Assembly (NCBI RefSeq): GCF_009834535.1
Contig: NC_045696.1
Coordinates: 44,642,001-44,706,000 of the forward strand
Direction of reading: 5' to 3'
Length of the DNA stretch: 64,000 nt
Source of the DNA: Camelus ferus
Lineage: Eukaryota
Below are positions 28,340 through 41,330 of the stretch, in pieces. The stretch's first letter is position 1, and each line of letters begins with the position of its first letter. A program made the translations under genes and the position numbers. The notes below the pieces were generated by a model. That model saw only the letters and a program-made list of their open reading frames with translations. It was not told where the DNA came from and did not search any database.

Positions 28340-28872
28340 TTGTGGTAGTCTCCATCACGATCTCACAATTATGATCTCTTTCTGGTATTCACACCCTCAT
28401 GTGGTTCCCTTCCACAATGATTAAGGCTGATCCACTTGACAATAGAATATTGAAGAAGTGACGATATGTGACTTCTGAGACTAAGTTATGAATACATTGC
28501 TGCTACCAACTTATACTTTCTCAGATCTCTCCTTGTGAGGAAAGCCAGCAGCACGTCACATGAACACTCAAGCAGCACCAAGGATAGGCTAACGTAGGGA
28601 GGAGCTGAGGCCTCCTGCCAAAGGCCAGCACCGACTTGCTGGCCATATGAATGAGCCATCCTGGAAGTGGACCCTCCAGGCCCAGTCAAGCCTTCATGTG
28701 ATGATTGTAGCCACAGCCAACAGTTTTACTTGGTCCTCTGAGAGGCCCTGAGCCAGAAGTGCTGAACTGATTCACTCTCCAATTATTGACCTACAAAACG
28801 ATGATGATAACAAAGTTTACTTTTACAAAGTATTAGGGTAATTGCTTATACATCAAGAAGCAAGCAGTACAT
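28340..28872 (+). mobile_element. MaLR LTR (MLT1F-like)
   Basis: tgtggtag...tgtgacttctgagacta...ctgaggcctcctgcc...gagccatcctggaagtgga...ccagtcaagccttc. Confidence 0.82.
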
Positions 28873-30639
28873 CATTCTAGTTTGATTTTTTCCCCCAAGT
28901 AATAGAATCATAACCAATCATTAAAATAAACACTAAGTTTGTGTCCTCAGAGAAGAAATGAATGAAATTATATAATGCTTCATAGTATTTCAACATGCTG
29001 CTGTGTTGAGAGCCCTTTATTGACTAGGCTTTGTCACTTTGTTACAAAGAACTCAAGACATTAGCCCCTTTGGCAACAAACCTAAAATCATCTTCCAGTT
29101 TCCATTTCCTTCTCTTTTCATTAGCCTACGCCAGCTATTTTAAACACAGCACTGCAGGAAAGTCTATCAGTCTGGACTTGGACATCTTTTTCACACCATT
29201 TCACTCCAAGCTTGTAAAGTGGTTCATTCTTTTCAAAATGAGAAAGCTTTTGACAACAGAGCCCTATTAACTTCTATATATCCTCCACCATGCATTTCTC
29301 TCAAGTTAAAAATTAAGTGCGGGAGAGTAAAGGGCCTTGACTGCTCCAAACTCCATTCTTGGCCAAAGGTTCCAAAATTGTAAGTGATGAGAGTATTTAA
29401 AGCACACAATTTCTGTGCCTAGAGTTCTTCATTCACTCGCCGTTGACTGAATGCCTTTATGTGCTAGGCACTGTGTTAGGTGTTGGAGACCCTGGCAATC
29501 TTAAGATTCTTTGGTTTTAATTTCCTTTGCTTTTTTGTTTTTCCCTTTCTTGTAAAAAGACAAGGAACAGAAAAGGAAAGCAGAATTACTTTCAAATGTG
29601 TATATGAGAACATATAAAAAAAAGGCATAAAAATGTTTTATAATATATTTTATTTATAACATTTATAACACAGTGCTCACTTCATAATACAGCTTCTTTG
29701 GGATTAGTGTAGGTGCACTGCAGCCACAGCCTGAATATATGATCACCTGGTGTCAACAACTAGCAATTGCAATTAATGCCAAATGAAACCCTAATAGAAA
29801 ACTGCCAATAAGGTGAGATTATTTACGACAAAAATGAAAGAATCACTCTTCTGTGATGAATAAAAATATCAGGGAGGTAAGTTCAATGGGGAACAATCGA
29901 AAATTGTGAAAATAAATGATCCATAAATACCTAAATAGATTTTCAAAGATATTTTCCCACCATGTCTCCAGATTTGATTGATCTGTTCTATCTGCCTTAT
30001 AAAGCACCTAGGAGTTTATTCTACTTATTTCTATCACATATTGGAATCCCATAGAATTATCACTGGCAGAATTAATTATGCTTTAATATCTAAAAGGATG
30101 TTGGAATTAACCAGAAATACGTAGGATCTTTGTCTAAGTGTCTAAAGCATTTCTTTGTTGGTGATAAATACATTGAAGACTTAATATGATGCATGTAGCA
30201 CTTTATCAAGGAAAGAATTTTGAGAGTGATCAGTTATGCCAAAGAAGAACTACAGATTCTGTTCTAGTCATCTCAGAATGATATTGTTGTTGATGTTACA
30301 CAAACTACTCAAGCTGAACATCCAAATGAGCATCGTCAGGACCATGAAATTGCTGGTCAGACAGAATGACACAGTAGTGACATCAAAATAATTAGCAGAC
30401 TGAATGGCTCTAGCATCAACCAATCATAATTTATAGTAGTTGGGGTTCTAGCAAGGTTCAAGACCCCTTGCTAGACCGTGAATTAACCTAGTGTAGGGGC
30501 AGTGGTTGCAGGGACATTTGGGGAACCACATTCAGGGGAATTTAAGGAGGGGCTGTTAGTAATAGGTACAGAAATATTTCAATATTTTTAAAACTGATAT
30601 AACTGTAGCATATGTGGGTGAAATCAACATGCCTTGATG

Positions 30640-30960
30640 AGATGAATAGAAGCCTTTAAAATTATTCCAAGATATTGTCATTGCCTAAGTCATGTGTGGA
30701 ACTCTGCTTTGGAGTTGCCCTCAGAGCCTGTTTACAAGCTTGTACAAATAAAAGTCTCATTAATTCCATCACAACTCGTTTTTGACCAAAAATGGTATTA
30801 TACAGCTTGTTCACTTATATTATTCATGACACTTGGCTCTGAGTGGCTTTTAGCTATTTCCAAAAATCAGACTCAAATTCCAAAGACAAAGATATATTAA
30901 GGATTTATTTTAGTGTTTTATACAGCATCCAAAGCAACTCCAAGTGAGGAAAAGGAAATT
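30640..30960 (+). mobile_element. mariner transposase fossil (MARNA-like)
   Basis: From 30782 the frame reads LTKNGIIQLVHLYYS*HLALSGF*LFPKIR, matching the mariner HPPYSPDLAPxDFxLFPKLK motif. Confidence 0.65.
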
Positions 30961-31449
30961 CAAGTGCAAGTTCCTATTTTATACCATTTTAGTACTAGAA
31001 GTTTACATATAGTTATCCCATTTAATTTTACATTATTTTGTTTTACATCATTGACCCCTTGGGATTCTGACCTCCAGACATAAGCAAAAATTTCAAAACA
31101 AAAATTTTTGACACTCCAGATATGTTGACTTTCTCTTGTAGGATATTCTACCTCTTAATTACAACTTGTGACTCTAATTAGTAGATTCATGGATAATAAC
31201 ATATTGAAAGAAACAGGACAAAGCTTCCAAATATCCAAAAATAAAGGGAAGCTAAGATTTATTGAGTACCCATTACATTCCTGGACTATTACATGTTAGA
31301 ACTAGTTTTCGCACATGTGTAACAAATTGTAAAATACTCTGTATTTGGCCAGCAGTGTGTTACATTTCTACATCTCTTGGTATTAACCAATTGCTAACTG
31401 AAAAAATGTTTCTATCATTGTATTTTTTAATCAAAATTTTAAGCACCTA

Positions 31450-31755
31450 TAATATAACAGGAGCTTGTAAGATTGTTGTACATTATATTATTTAATCCCC
31501 ACAATTACCGTATAAAGTAGGTACTATTAAAATTTGCTGGAAGAGGTTATAGCTCAGTGGTAGAACACATGCTTAGCATGTGCAAGGTCCTGGGTTCAAT
31601 CCCCACTACTTCCATTTTTTAAAAAAATCCATTTTGTAGATGGAAAAACAGAGACTTAGGGATGTAAAAAGATTGTCTATGGTTACAGGACAGAACCAGG
31701 ATTTTAACCAAGGCACCTTGATTCTAGAACCATTTCTCATCACTAAGCTGCACTG
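31450..31755 (-). mobile_element. MIR SINE split by a younger SINE
   Basis: tttaatccccacaa...aggtactatta | ccattttgtagatggaaaaacagagacttag. Confidence 0.75.
31539..31627 (+). mobile_element. camelid tRNA-derived SINE (Vic-1-like)
   Basis: tatagctcagtggtagaacacatgcttagcatgtgcaaggtcctgggttcaatcccc. Confidence 0.88.
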
Positions 31756-32249
31756 AAAGGAGTTGGTGAGAACACTGACATAGGCTTGCTACTTGTTAAA
31801 ATCAGAATTGCAGTTAGTATGGAGTTTATGCTGTTGTATGATTTACATACAGGTGGGCACTGAACAAGTTGACCTCCCAAAGGAGAGAAGAGAGAAAGAT
31901 GGCGCCAGTATTATATGCTAGAAGGAGCACTCATTCTCCAACATCCCCGAAGAATCTTACCTAAAGTCTGGCCACCAGAATAGCTGAAATTCCCTTTACA
32001 AATCTTTTTTCTGGGTAAAACAATGATAACATCATCTTGACACATGTGTTGCAAACTACATGTCACAAATAATTTGTTACTTATATACTTAAAATACAGA
32101 ATTGTAAAAATTCTTTACTTTTTAAAATTTGCTTTCTTGGGAGAGGTTTTGTTGTTCAACATAGACACAAGAAAGGGGAAAATTTTGTAATCACTACTCA
32201 GTTGAGAAATAGAGCAATGCTGGTAGTATCATACCCGCCCCCAATCTCA

Positions 32250-33730
32250 TCAACTTCCTTTTTCACAGAAGACAGTTACTTATTATCCTAACTTTTGAGA
32301 TTTCACTCTTAGTTTTCTTCAATTTACCATCCATGTTAGATATCCCTAAACATTACATTTTTCAGTTTTTCCCTGTTTTTAGACTTTATGCAAATAGAAT
32401 CATCCTGTGTATACTCTGTGACTTGCATACATTTTTAGCATTGCTGTGACATTCATCTATGTTGATGGGTGGGCTCAGTTTATTTTCATAACTGTATAGT
32501 ATTCCACTGTACACATTAATTCATTTATTCTGTCATTTTTATGTCAATAGATTGTTATGGAATGGACAATCAATGGAATGCCATCCATGACATTTATTGT
32601 CAATGGATAATTCAAATGGATAATCCAAACATTCCAGACTTTTTTTGGTTACTGAAGCAGTGTCACTGTGAATATTCTTGTACAGTGTCTCCTGATGGAT
32701 ATTTAGAAACAAGTCTCTAGATATATACCTAGGAGTGGAATTTCTGTGTCACAAGGTGTAGTAGAGATTGTTCATTACCATCTACCCTAATCTTACTCCA
32801 TAAAAGTAGTGGACTAGAGGAGACACTTTCCAGCTTTCTAATGATTTTCAGCCATGTGACTAAGTTCTCGCTAACAGAGTCCAAGTGAAAAGGAAATATG
32901 ATGCTTCCTAGTCTAGACATAAAAAATTGGCTGTGTGCTCCTGTATGCTCTCCTTCCCCTTCCCACACACACTCTGGGACATTGATGTGCCTGCAATCCA
33001 GCTTACAGACCACGCAAAGATAGACAATGACCTAAGAAAGGATCAACTGATAAAAGACAGAAGAATCCTCAGAAGTCACTTGAGACATTATATGAGAGGT
33101 GAATAGTGCTGAGATTTTATTTTACAGTATCTTGAACTCTAACCTGTGTAGTATGTAACATAAGCACATGTTTAATTTGACTAGGTTATGCCAAAATGTT
33201 TCCCAGACTGGTTGTATCAATTGGAATGTCTACCAGTAGATCATGAGAGTTCTCATTACTGTAACTCCTCCCTCACATTTGGTATGGTCAGTCATTTTAA
33301 CTTTTACAGCTCTGGTGGGTATCAAATGCTAGCTCACTGAGTTCTAAGTTATATTTCCCTGATTACAATTGCTAACTTTTTTCAAGTGATTTTTGTTCAG
33401 TCAAGTATCTCTTTCTGAACATATTTAAGTTTTTTGCCCATTTCTCTATTGATTGTCCTTTTCTTAATAATTTTTGAGAATTCTTTATAATTTAAGGGAG
33501 AATAATAGTCCTCTGTCAAATATATGTGTTGTAAATATCTTTCATTCTGTTTATGGGGATTGTTGATTTATTTAAGGAAGTTAAATGTCTCAAATTCTTC
33601 CTTTATTATTTATGCTTTCTCTCTTTCTTTTTGATATTGTATAAATAATTGTTTTCTTTCCTAGTATCATGAAGATTAACCTATGTAATCTTCTAAAAGC
33701 TTTAGGCTATTGCTTTTTACATTTAGTCAT
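32250..33730 (-). mobile_element. old L1ME-type fragment interrupted by an MLT1-like LTR (about 32757-33145)
   Basis: tatagtattccactgt, atatatacctaggagtggaatt, ttttgcccatttctctattg are typical antisense L1 segments. Confidence 0.7.
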
Positions 33731-34164
33731 GTGGTTCACTCACTCAAGTTCTGATATGCTCTTTTGTACAGAATAGTAAAGGGTGGAGTTAAAACCAACA
33801 GATAGAAATTTTAAATAAGCATGGGTGTGCCCATGGGCATTTGTCTTTCATGTGAATATCATCATTAATGTGTACTGAAAAGGAAAAGAAAAGGTTGGGA
33901 ACAATAGGTTGAAGGCACTGTGTCCAGAAGTTCCTTTAGCGTGACTTAATAGAAATAAATATTAAACCCTGCAGTTAGACACACTCTTAGTTACTCATGT
34001 ACAGAACAGGCTAGACCTGGATTATCAGTACTTCATGTGAAAAGGACCCAGAGATCTTACTCTGTTCCTACCTTGTGTTTGGCAAGATAGACATGCCTCC
34101 AACTGTGTGGCATGGTTGCCAAGGAATCTAATGAGATAGCCTCCATCAAGAATATAATGCCTAG

Positions 34165-34305
34165 AGGGGAGAATATAGCTCAAGTGGTAGAGCACATGCT
34201 TAGCATGCACAAGGTCCTGGGTTCAATCCCCAGTACTTCCTCTATAAATAAATAAATAAATATACCTAATTACCTACCCTCCCCCACACAAAAAACTCAA
34301 AGGAA
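34165..34305 (+). mobile_element. camelid tRNA-derived SINE (Vic-1-like, long form)
   Basis: tatagctcaagtggtagagcacatgcttagcatgcacaaggtcctgggttcaatccccagtac...aaataaataaa...cctaattacct. Confidence 0.9.
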
Positions 34306-34319
34306 AAGAATAGAATGCC

Positions 34320-35237
34320 CATACAAATGGCCAATAGACACATGAAAAATGTTCAATATAGCCAATTATAAGAGAAATTCAAATCAAAACTATAATGAGG
34401 TATCACCTCACATCAGTCAGAATGGCCATCATTCAAAAGTCCACAAACAATAAATGCTGGAGAGGGTGTGGAGAAAAGGGAAGCCTCCTACACTGTTGGT
34501 GGAAATGTAGTTTGGTGCAGCCATTATGGAAAACCGTATGGAGATTCCTCAAAAAACTGAAAATAGACTTACCATATGATTCAGCAAACCCACTCCTGAG
34601 CATATATTCCAGAGTGAACTCTAATTCAAAAAGATACATGCACCCCAATGTTCATAGCAGCACTATATACAATAGCCACATAATGGAAACAACCTAAATG
34701 TCCATCAACAGATGACTGGATAAAGAAGTTGGAATATACTTATACAATGGAATACTACTCAGTCATAAAAAGAATAAAATAATGCCATGCAGCAACATGG
34801 ATGGACCTAGAGATTGTCATTCTAAGTAAAGTTAGCCAGAAAGAGAAAGAAAAATACCATATGATATCACTCATATGTGGAATCTTAAAAAAAGAAAAAA
34901 GAGGACACTAATGAACTCATCTACAAAACAGAAACAGGCTCCCAGACATAGTAAACAATCTTATGGTTACCAGGAGAAAGGGGGTGAGAAGGGATGAATT
35001 TGGGAGTTTGAGATTTGCAAATGTTAGCCACTATATATAAAAACAGATTTTAAAAAATCTTATGTATAGCACAGGGAACTATATTCAATATCTTATAATA
35101 ACCTTTAATGAAAAAGAATATGAAAATGAATATATGTATGTATATGCATGACAGGGACATTGTGCTGTACACCAGAAATTGACACATTGTAACTGACTAT
35201 ACTTCAATTAAAAAAGTAAATAATAAAAAGAAAAATA
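34320..35237 (+). mobile_element. 5'-truncated camelid-type LINE-1
   Basis: ORF 34395-34697 [29 protein letters not shown] is the L1 ORF2 C-terminal Cys-rich region, followed by 3' UTR and A tail. Confidence 0.95.
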
Positions 35238-35517
35238 AAGAATAGACTGTCAGACCTGTGAGATAATATCTCCCCTAATTGATACTAGTTACATAATAAT
35301 TAGGCTATTGCATGTCTTTCTGGTGCAGCTCTTGAAGAGGCATATAGGTAAACTAGACGTTTTCATGAACAGGCAGTTGGTGGTAGAGTGAAAAATCATT
35401 ACAGATGAACAGCAGTTGAAGGAACTGGAAAATCTTAGTTTGAAATGGAGAAGATAAAGATAGGCTATAATAACTGTGTTTAGAAATTTTTTTAAAATTT
35501 ATGAATAAGAGGGCACA

Positions 35518-35909
35518 TATCTTAGCTCAGGATGCTATAGCAAAACACCATAGACTGGGTGACTTAAACAACAGATGTTTATTTCTCACAATTCCAGACG
35601 CTGGAAAGCCCAAGCCCAAGGTGCCCAAGTAGATATGGTTTTTGGTGAGGGCTCTCTTCCTGGTTTGTAATGACTGGCATTTTGCTGTGTGTTCACATGC
35701 CCTTTCATCAGTGCATGCTCCTGGAAAGTCCACTTGTCTCTTCTTCTTTTTTTCAGGGCACTAATCCATCATGAGGGAACCACTCTCATGACCTCATCTA
35801 TGTTTAATTACCTCCCAAAAGCCCTGCCCCCAAATACCATCACACTGAGGGTTAGGGCTTCAACATATGAACTGGGGGTGAGGAGGATACAGACATTCAG
35901 ACCATAACA
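35518..35909 (-). mobile_element. MaLR LTR (MLT1A-like)
   Basis: accatagactgggtgacttaaacaacaga...tttatttctcaca...aataccatcacactg...cattcagaccataaca. Confidence 0.88.
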
Positions 35910-36944
35910 GTCCACACCTCCTTTATGCTTCTCCAAGTAAATACTAGAGACTACAGATGGAAGCTATGAGGGATGAGGTTTAGGCTAATTAAAAAGGATC
36001 TTTACAGGAGGTGCACAGTGTAGCTCCAAAAAGAACAGATTAATTCAGGAAAGTAGCGATCTCTCTCCCAACACTGATGGCATTGAAATGGAGTCTGGAA
36101 GACCATTTATCAGGGATGTTGTTACTAGGAATAGCTACTATTTATTAGTGGTTACTACTGACAAGGAATTATTTGATGTGCTGCCCCTGCATATTCTACT
36201 TAATACTCACAGTGGCCCTGGAAGATGAGATCTATTTTGTCATCATTCTTAAATGAAGGGTCCAAAGCTTAGAGAGGTTAAGTAATTTGCCCCAAATCAC
36301 ATAATTCATGAAAGGCAGAAAGCACATCTGTCTTACATCCAGAAACTGAGTTCTCACTCACATTTGTCAAGCTATAGAAAGGATTTGGTTCACTAGGAGA
36401 GAAGCTGTATTATGTGGTCTTGTAATTCAAAGTCTACTTAATTGTTACAAAATACAAATGTATTACCTAGGAAGTATAAAACAGTAGGGAAAGTAGACAC
36501 CAGGGGGAATGGAAAAAAGTGGTAGATAAAATTTAATGAGGGAGGGAAAAGTTTGGAAAGATCCTAAGTAAAAGGCACTGGTCCAGGAAAAACACATTCC
36601 TGGCTGGAGGAAGGCAGGGGGCATTTCCTGAGGATTGTGCACACACGAGAGAAAGGTGAAGGCAGAGTACAAGGCAGCAAAGACAGAAAACATACCAGAA
36701 ATTTCCCTGTCATAACAGAGGCAGGATTTGGCCATCTGAAGTGAGGTTCCAAACACCACATTTCATGGAAAGTCAGAAAGAACTAAGGCAAACAAATACA
36801 AAATATCATCTCCACGTCATGTCCAGTGAGCTTGATTTCATTATTTTTCCTATAGGTTATTAATTAGCATCCGTCCCTAACAAAAAAGCAGCAGCAGATA
36901 GATGCTAATTGGATGTAAATAGACTATTTTCAAGCCTTCCTCCA

Positions 36945-37260
36945 TTCATGTATGTGCACATTCATTTATTCAACAAACATTTATCTAGCACCTTCTGTTT
37001 GCTGGGCACTTTTCTTGGCACTAAGGATACAGCAGAAAAAATATATATATAAAATCTCCACCTCACCCATCAAAATAATTCTGTGTCTTCACAGAGTGTA
37101 ATCCCTGGAGCAGAAAAGCACATGAAAAAAGCAAGACGAATCTGTAAAATTTAAGATGTGTTAAAAAGTCAGAGTGCTAAGGAGAAAACAAAGCAAGGGA
37201 AAAAAATAGGAAGTGAACATGGAGACTTGTTGAAAATTTTGATCAGATATTACCTAAATA
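36945..37260 (-). mobile_element. L2 3' fragment
   Basis: cattcatttattcaacaaacatttat...ggcactaaggatacagcag. Confidence 0.7.
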
Positions 37261-38749
37261 TTCAAACTAAGAAGGAGAGTGGGAAAATGCTCAAGAAAAG
37301 AGGACGTGTTGGGGCCCCATGTAGGTTTAAAATTTGTGCTTATGAATCACAAACACTGTGAAAGGTTTCATAGCAAAGTGAAAAAGACATCCAGAAAAAT
37401 CACTTCCCTTCTTTTATCTTCAATTCCTCATCTTTAAAATGGGAATCCTAACATTAGCCCTCTAGGCCACGTGAGGCATGTGCACATCTCGAATGTGGCC
37501 TTCAAAATGAAAAACAATATATACGTGTGACTTCACTTTACTACAAAAAATGATTTATATTTTTGAAAATCCCCTCCTCATCTCCTCATCTCTGAATATA
37601 TATAGAGAGAGATAGATACAAATATACTTGCACACACACAAATATACACAGGTACACACACACCCCCCACGTTGTATCCAGCCCATCTCATATCTCATGT
37701 AAGCCATCTAGCACAAATATTCAGACAAGGACTAGGCAAGTCTGTGGTGGAACGGGGGCCTCTAAGTCTCTCAGGAGCCTCTCAGCAGACAGAGAGCAGT
37801 ATATTCCTCCCCAACTCAGGTCTCCTTGCATTACTGAACACTCTCTTCAGAGCTTTTTTTTAATCACCTCCTGAAATGCTGGTTTCCTTCCTCCATCCAA
37901 GATACTCAACAAAATGGAACTTGTCAACTGTGCTTATGGTAATAAATCTCCTTTCCAGCATTTCTCCTGACACTCTAATGCCTTCCTGAACATAATAGAA
38001 AGGTCATTTTCCACCTGAATTCATCTTCTCCAAGCTACCTTATATTTCTGCAAATCCAAGTTTCAACAAGTTTGATTCCGTTCCTTCTACAGTATTTTAT
38101 TTGCTTTAACCAAGCTCAGAATCCCAACAGCAACCCCACGCTCTCCTCTAATTGCCTGAGTGGGGATTATGTTTTATTGGCTGACTGTAGAATGTAGATA
38201 CATTTTGAAAGCTGAACTGTTCCTTTTTCTTGAGTGACAGAGAATTAAATGCTCTCTTTCAGATATTGCTGTAGGATTTCTTATGATTTTCTTTCACACA
38301 TCAATTCAATAACTTTCTATGTATCAATTATGCCAAGATCAGCATTGTCACCTAAATATAAATCAGTCCCCCAACACCCCTAAGACATGAAGGGCCTTTC
38401 ATTTCAGCAACGAGGTCAGCTGTATTGGCTAGTTCACAATCCTGTCTCCGGTTTCCGGAGGAGAATTCACGTTGTAACCTTCCAGAAATTACACATTTTT
38501 CGTTGCTGAGGAATTCCTTCTAGTAAAAATAGCAGTATTTATTCTGGGTAGGTCCAGGTGTTTATTTAGGTACAATCATCATTTCAAGACATTCTGTGGA
38601 ATGTACAGTCATTTATAATGAGTGTCTATGGGGGCAGTAGGACTACTAGGGAGGGGCTCACTGGCAAAAATTTGGGAAAACCTTGGACTTCTTTTTGCCA
38701 ATGATAATGACAAGACATAAGCATGTTCTTGCTTATTTTGTTTAACATG

Positions 38750-39560
38750 TTTGTGGCGTTCTTTTCTCTCTGTGTATCAGTCAACCCATTTGCCGGAAAC
38801 GATGAATCAGCGGCTTCTGACCAGGGAGTCAGGCTGCGGCCCTTCATCTAGACGAACGGAACCCCGGGAGGATTGCAAGGGACCACACCTTGACCACGAT
38901 GTCTTCTGTGACAGGCAGGAACCACGCGACCCGAACCGGGGGACTGGCAGTGCTCCAGCCTCTCGGGGCAGCGGGGGACAAGGCGCGGCCAGCCGGGCGT
39001 GTCGGATCCCGAGTCAGGAGCCAGGGACCACGCGCGGTGTCTGTCCCGAGGGTGGTAGACAAGACGGTCCTGGGCCATGGAAATCAGTTTCCTCTCCGAA
39101 AGACAGTGGTTTGCTGAAGAGGAAGAGCGACGGTTCCCTTTGGGATCCTGCCAACTCTCCGGGCACATCCGCCGGCCCTCCTCCGGCCGCGGGCTCGGCC
39201 AGGGCTTGGGCAGGGAGGGGCAGGTGACAGCTGGAGAGAAGGGCGGAGGGACCCGGGGGGCGGAGGGACCCGGGGGAGCGGAGGGGAGGAGAGAAAAAAC
39301 GAGAGGGAGAAAAAACCGGGTCAGCTTCCTGGCCTGTGCCTTCTCAGGACCAAACCCAACTCGTGTCTGGAGAATGGGCCGGCTGCTGGGGGCCCGGAAG
39401 GATGCGGGGCCGTGGACCGCGGGGGAGAACCTTGGTGCGCAGGCTGGAAGAAGAGCACGGTCGGAGGAAGGCAGGAGGGAGAGAAAACGAAAGCACCCCT
39501 ATTTGTTTCTGTTTCTATTTCTGTTTTTGTTTGTTGTTTTCTCTCCCGAACGCAGAAGGG
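38750..39560. promoter_or_regulatory. orphan CpG island (candidate enhancer or promoter)
   Basis: About 0.8 kb of GC- and CpG-rich sequence with no recognisable TE and no credible CDS, about 13 kb upstream of ALCAM. Confidence 0.75.
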
Positions 39561-40334
39561 AATCAGTCGTTTCCCTGGTCTGGGGAGCATCCAACATTTA
39601 GTGGGAACGAGAGCATTGTTTTCTTCTTTGAAACTGCTTCTCTCTCCACCTCCTTGGTTTTTCTCCTTCCCTACTTTATTTTCTGGTATCCCAATCCCAC
39701 AGCATCCCTAGTCTAATTCCTGGCCTGCCTTTTGGGCTAATTGAATGAATATTTCTCGGTTTTCATGTCTTGTGTATCAGGGTTTGGTTTTGGTTTTGTT
39801 TTAACCCGTTCAGTACCTCCAGACTATACTCTTCCTCAAACCTGAACTTCCACTCTCGAAGTTCCATTCCTTTGAGTCCACCGGTTTCGAAGTCAAGTGG
39901 GCCTTCCCTGCCGGCCCCCTTGTTTTCATTCCAAGACCCTTGCATTCCAACCCCTCGCTGGGTTGCTGTTTTGCCCTCGAGGCTCTCAGAGCACATCAAA
40001 GTAATTTGCTTTAACTGCCCTTACACCCAAGTGGTGCCTACTGGGGGTCTGTTCTCTAGACTGGGAATCCTCACTGCTTTACTCCTTTGTTTTCTTTTTA
40101 AACCTGTCTCAGTTCCTAATACTAACAATAATAGAAATGCTTTAGACAAAGCTGCAAAGAGCTGCTCTCTGCACACTGAACACAGTACTTCCCTTCTCTT
40201 TCCCCTACCATCCTTTTTCTCCCCTTCTCCCGTCTCCTTCCTCCTCAATCTATGGCATCTTAAAAACTAATTCAACATTGTGGACTCAAAGTTGAGAAAA
40301 GAGCTGGTATCTGTCATTTTAGCTGTGCTGTACA

Positions 40335-41330
40335 ACTATTCATTCAACAAACATGCACTGAGTACTTACTAGATGCCAGGTTCTGGGAAATGGTCCAGGG
40401 ATTGAAAAAATAAGTGAGGTTTCTTTTTCATCACTCCTCTCCTATCTCCTCTGTCATCATCATCAACGTCACCTTTTATAATATTCAGAGAGTTATTGAG
40501 CCCTGAATATAAGCCAGGCATACAGGTAGGAGCTTTACATGCATTTTCTCTTTTAATTATTATGAGGAGCCTGATAATGGAACATTCTATTTTATAGGTG
40601 AGAGAACTGGCAATTACAGAAGTTGAGTAGCTTTCTCAAGCTTATATATTTACTATGTGTTGGTGCAGGGGTTTATAAACCAGACAGCCTGACTCCAGAC
40701 TTGTGGCACATCACTGCTGAGGAGTCACTGCTCCAGTGTAGGAGCCAGACTTGTAAACAGATAAATACAATTCAAAGAGGTAAGTGCTAGTGCTGTAGAA
40801 ATACAGAGACAGCATGACTAATACTGCCCAGGGAATCAAGAAATGCTTCTTAAAAGACTACTTGACATGGGAGGTGGGTCTTGAAATATGAGTGAGAGTA
40901 TCCCAGGAAAACAAAGGGTTGGAGTGATTGGTGCATTTTAGGCTGAGGCAACCACAGATGTAATGAACAAGTGGGAAAAGGCTGCCAGGGTATGTTTAGG
41001 AAACAGTGTGTTCAACCTGACTGAAGCCTTGTGTTCATGACAGAGTGTTGTGCTATGAAACTAAGATGGGCAAATATGAAACTAGGGGCAGGAATGTCTA
41101 GCTCTTGCTAGGAAGTTTAGCTTTCATCTTGTAGGTAAAATGACTCCAGCAGAGATTTTAAAGATAGAGAGTGACATAATCAAATGTGTGCATCTGTCAG
41201 TCTTAAGATGACCACAGGGAGAATGAAGAGTGGAGCTAGGTGCTAGGGTGACTGGTTGGAAAGCTGCTGTACAGATGGTGGGGGCCTGGGCTAGAGGTAG
41301 TGAAATTGGAAAGGAGAGATTTTGTTCACC
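40335..41330 (-). mobile_element. L2 fragments with an embedded MIR (about 40490-40710)
   Basis: tattcattcaacaaacatgcactgagtacttact; MIR core; L2-like gtgggtcttgaaatatgagt. Confidence 0.6.

Noticed and set aside
38751..39716. ORFs of 100-174 aa in the orphan CpG island
   Set aside because: Open in many frames on both strands with no recognisable homology, typical of GC-rich non-coding sequence.
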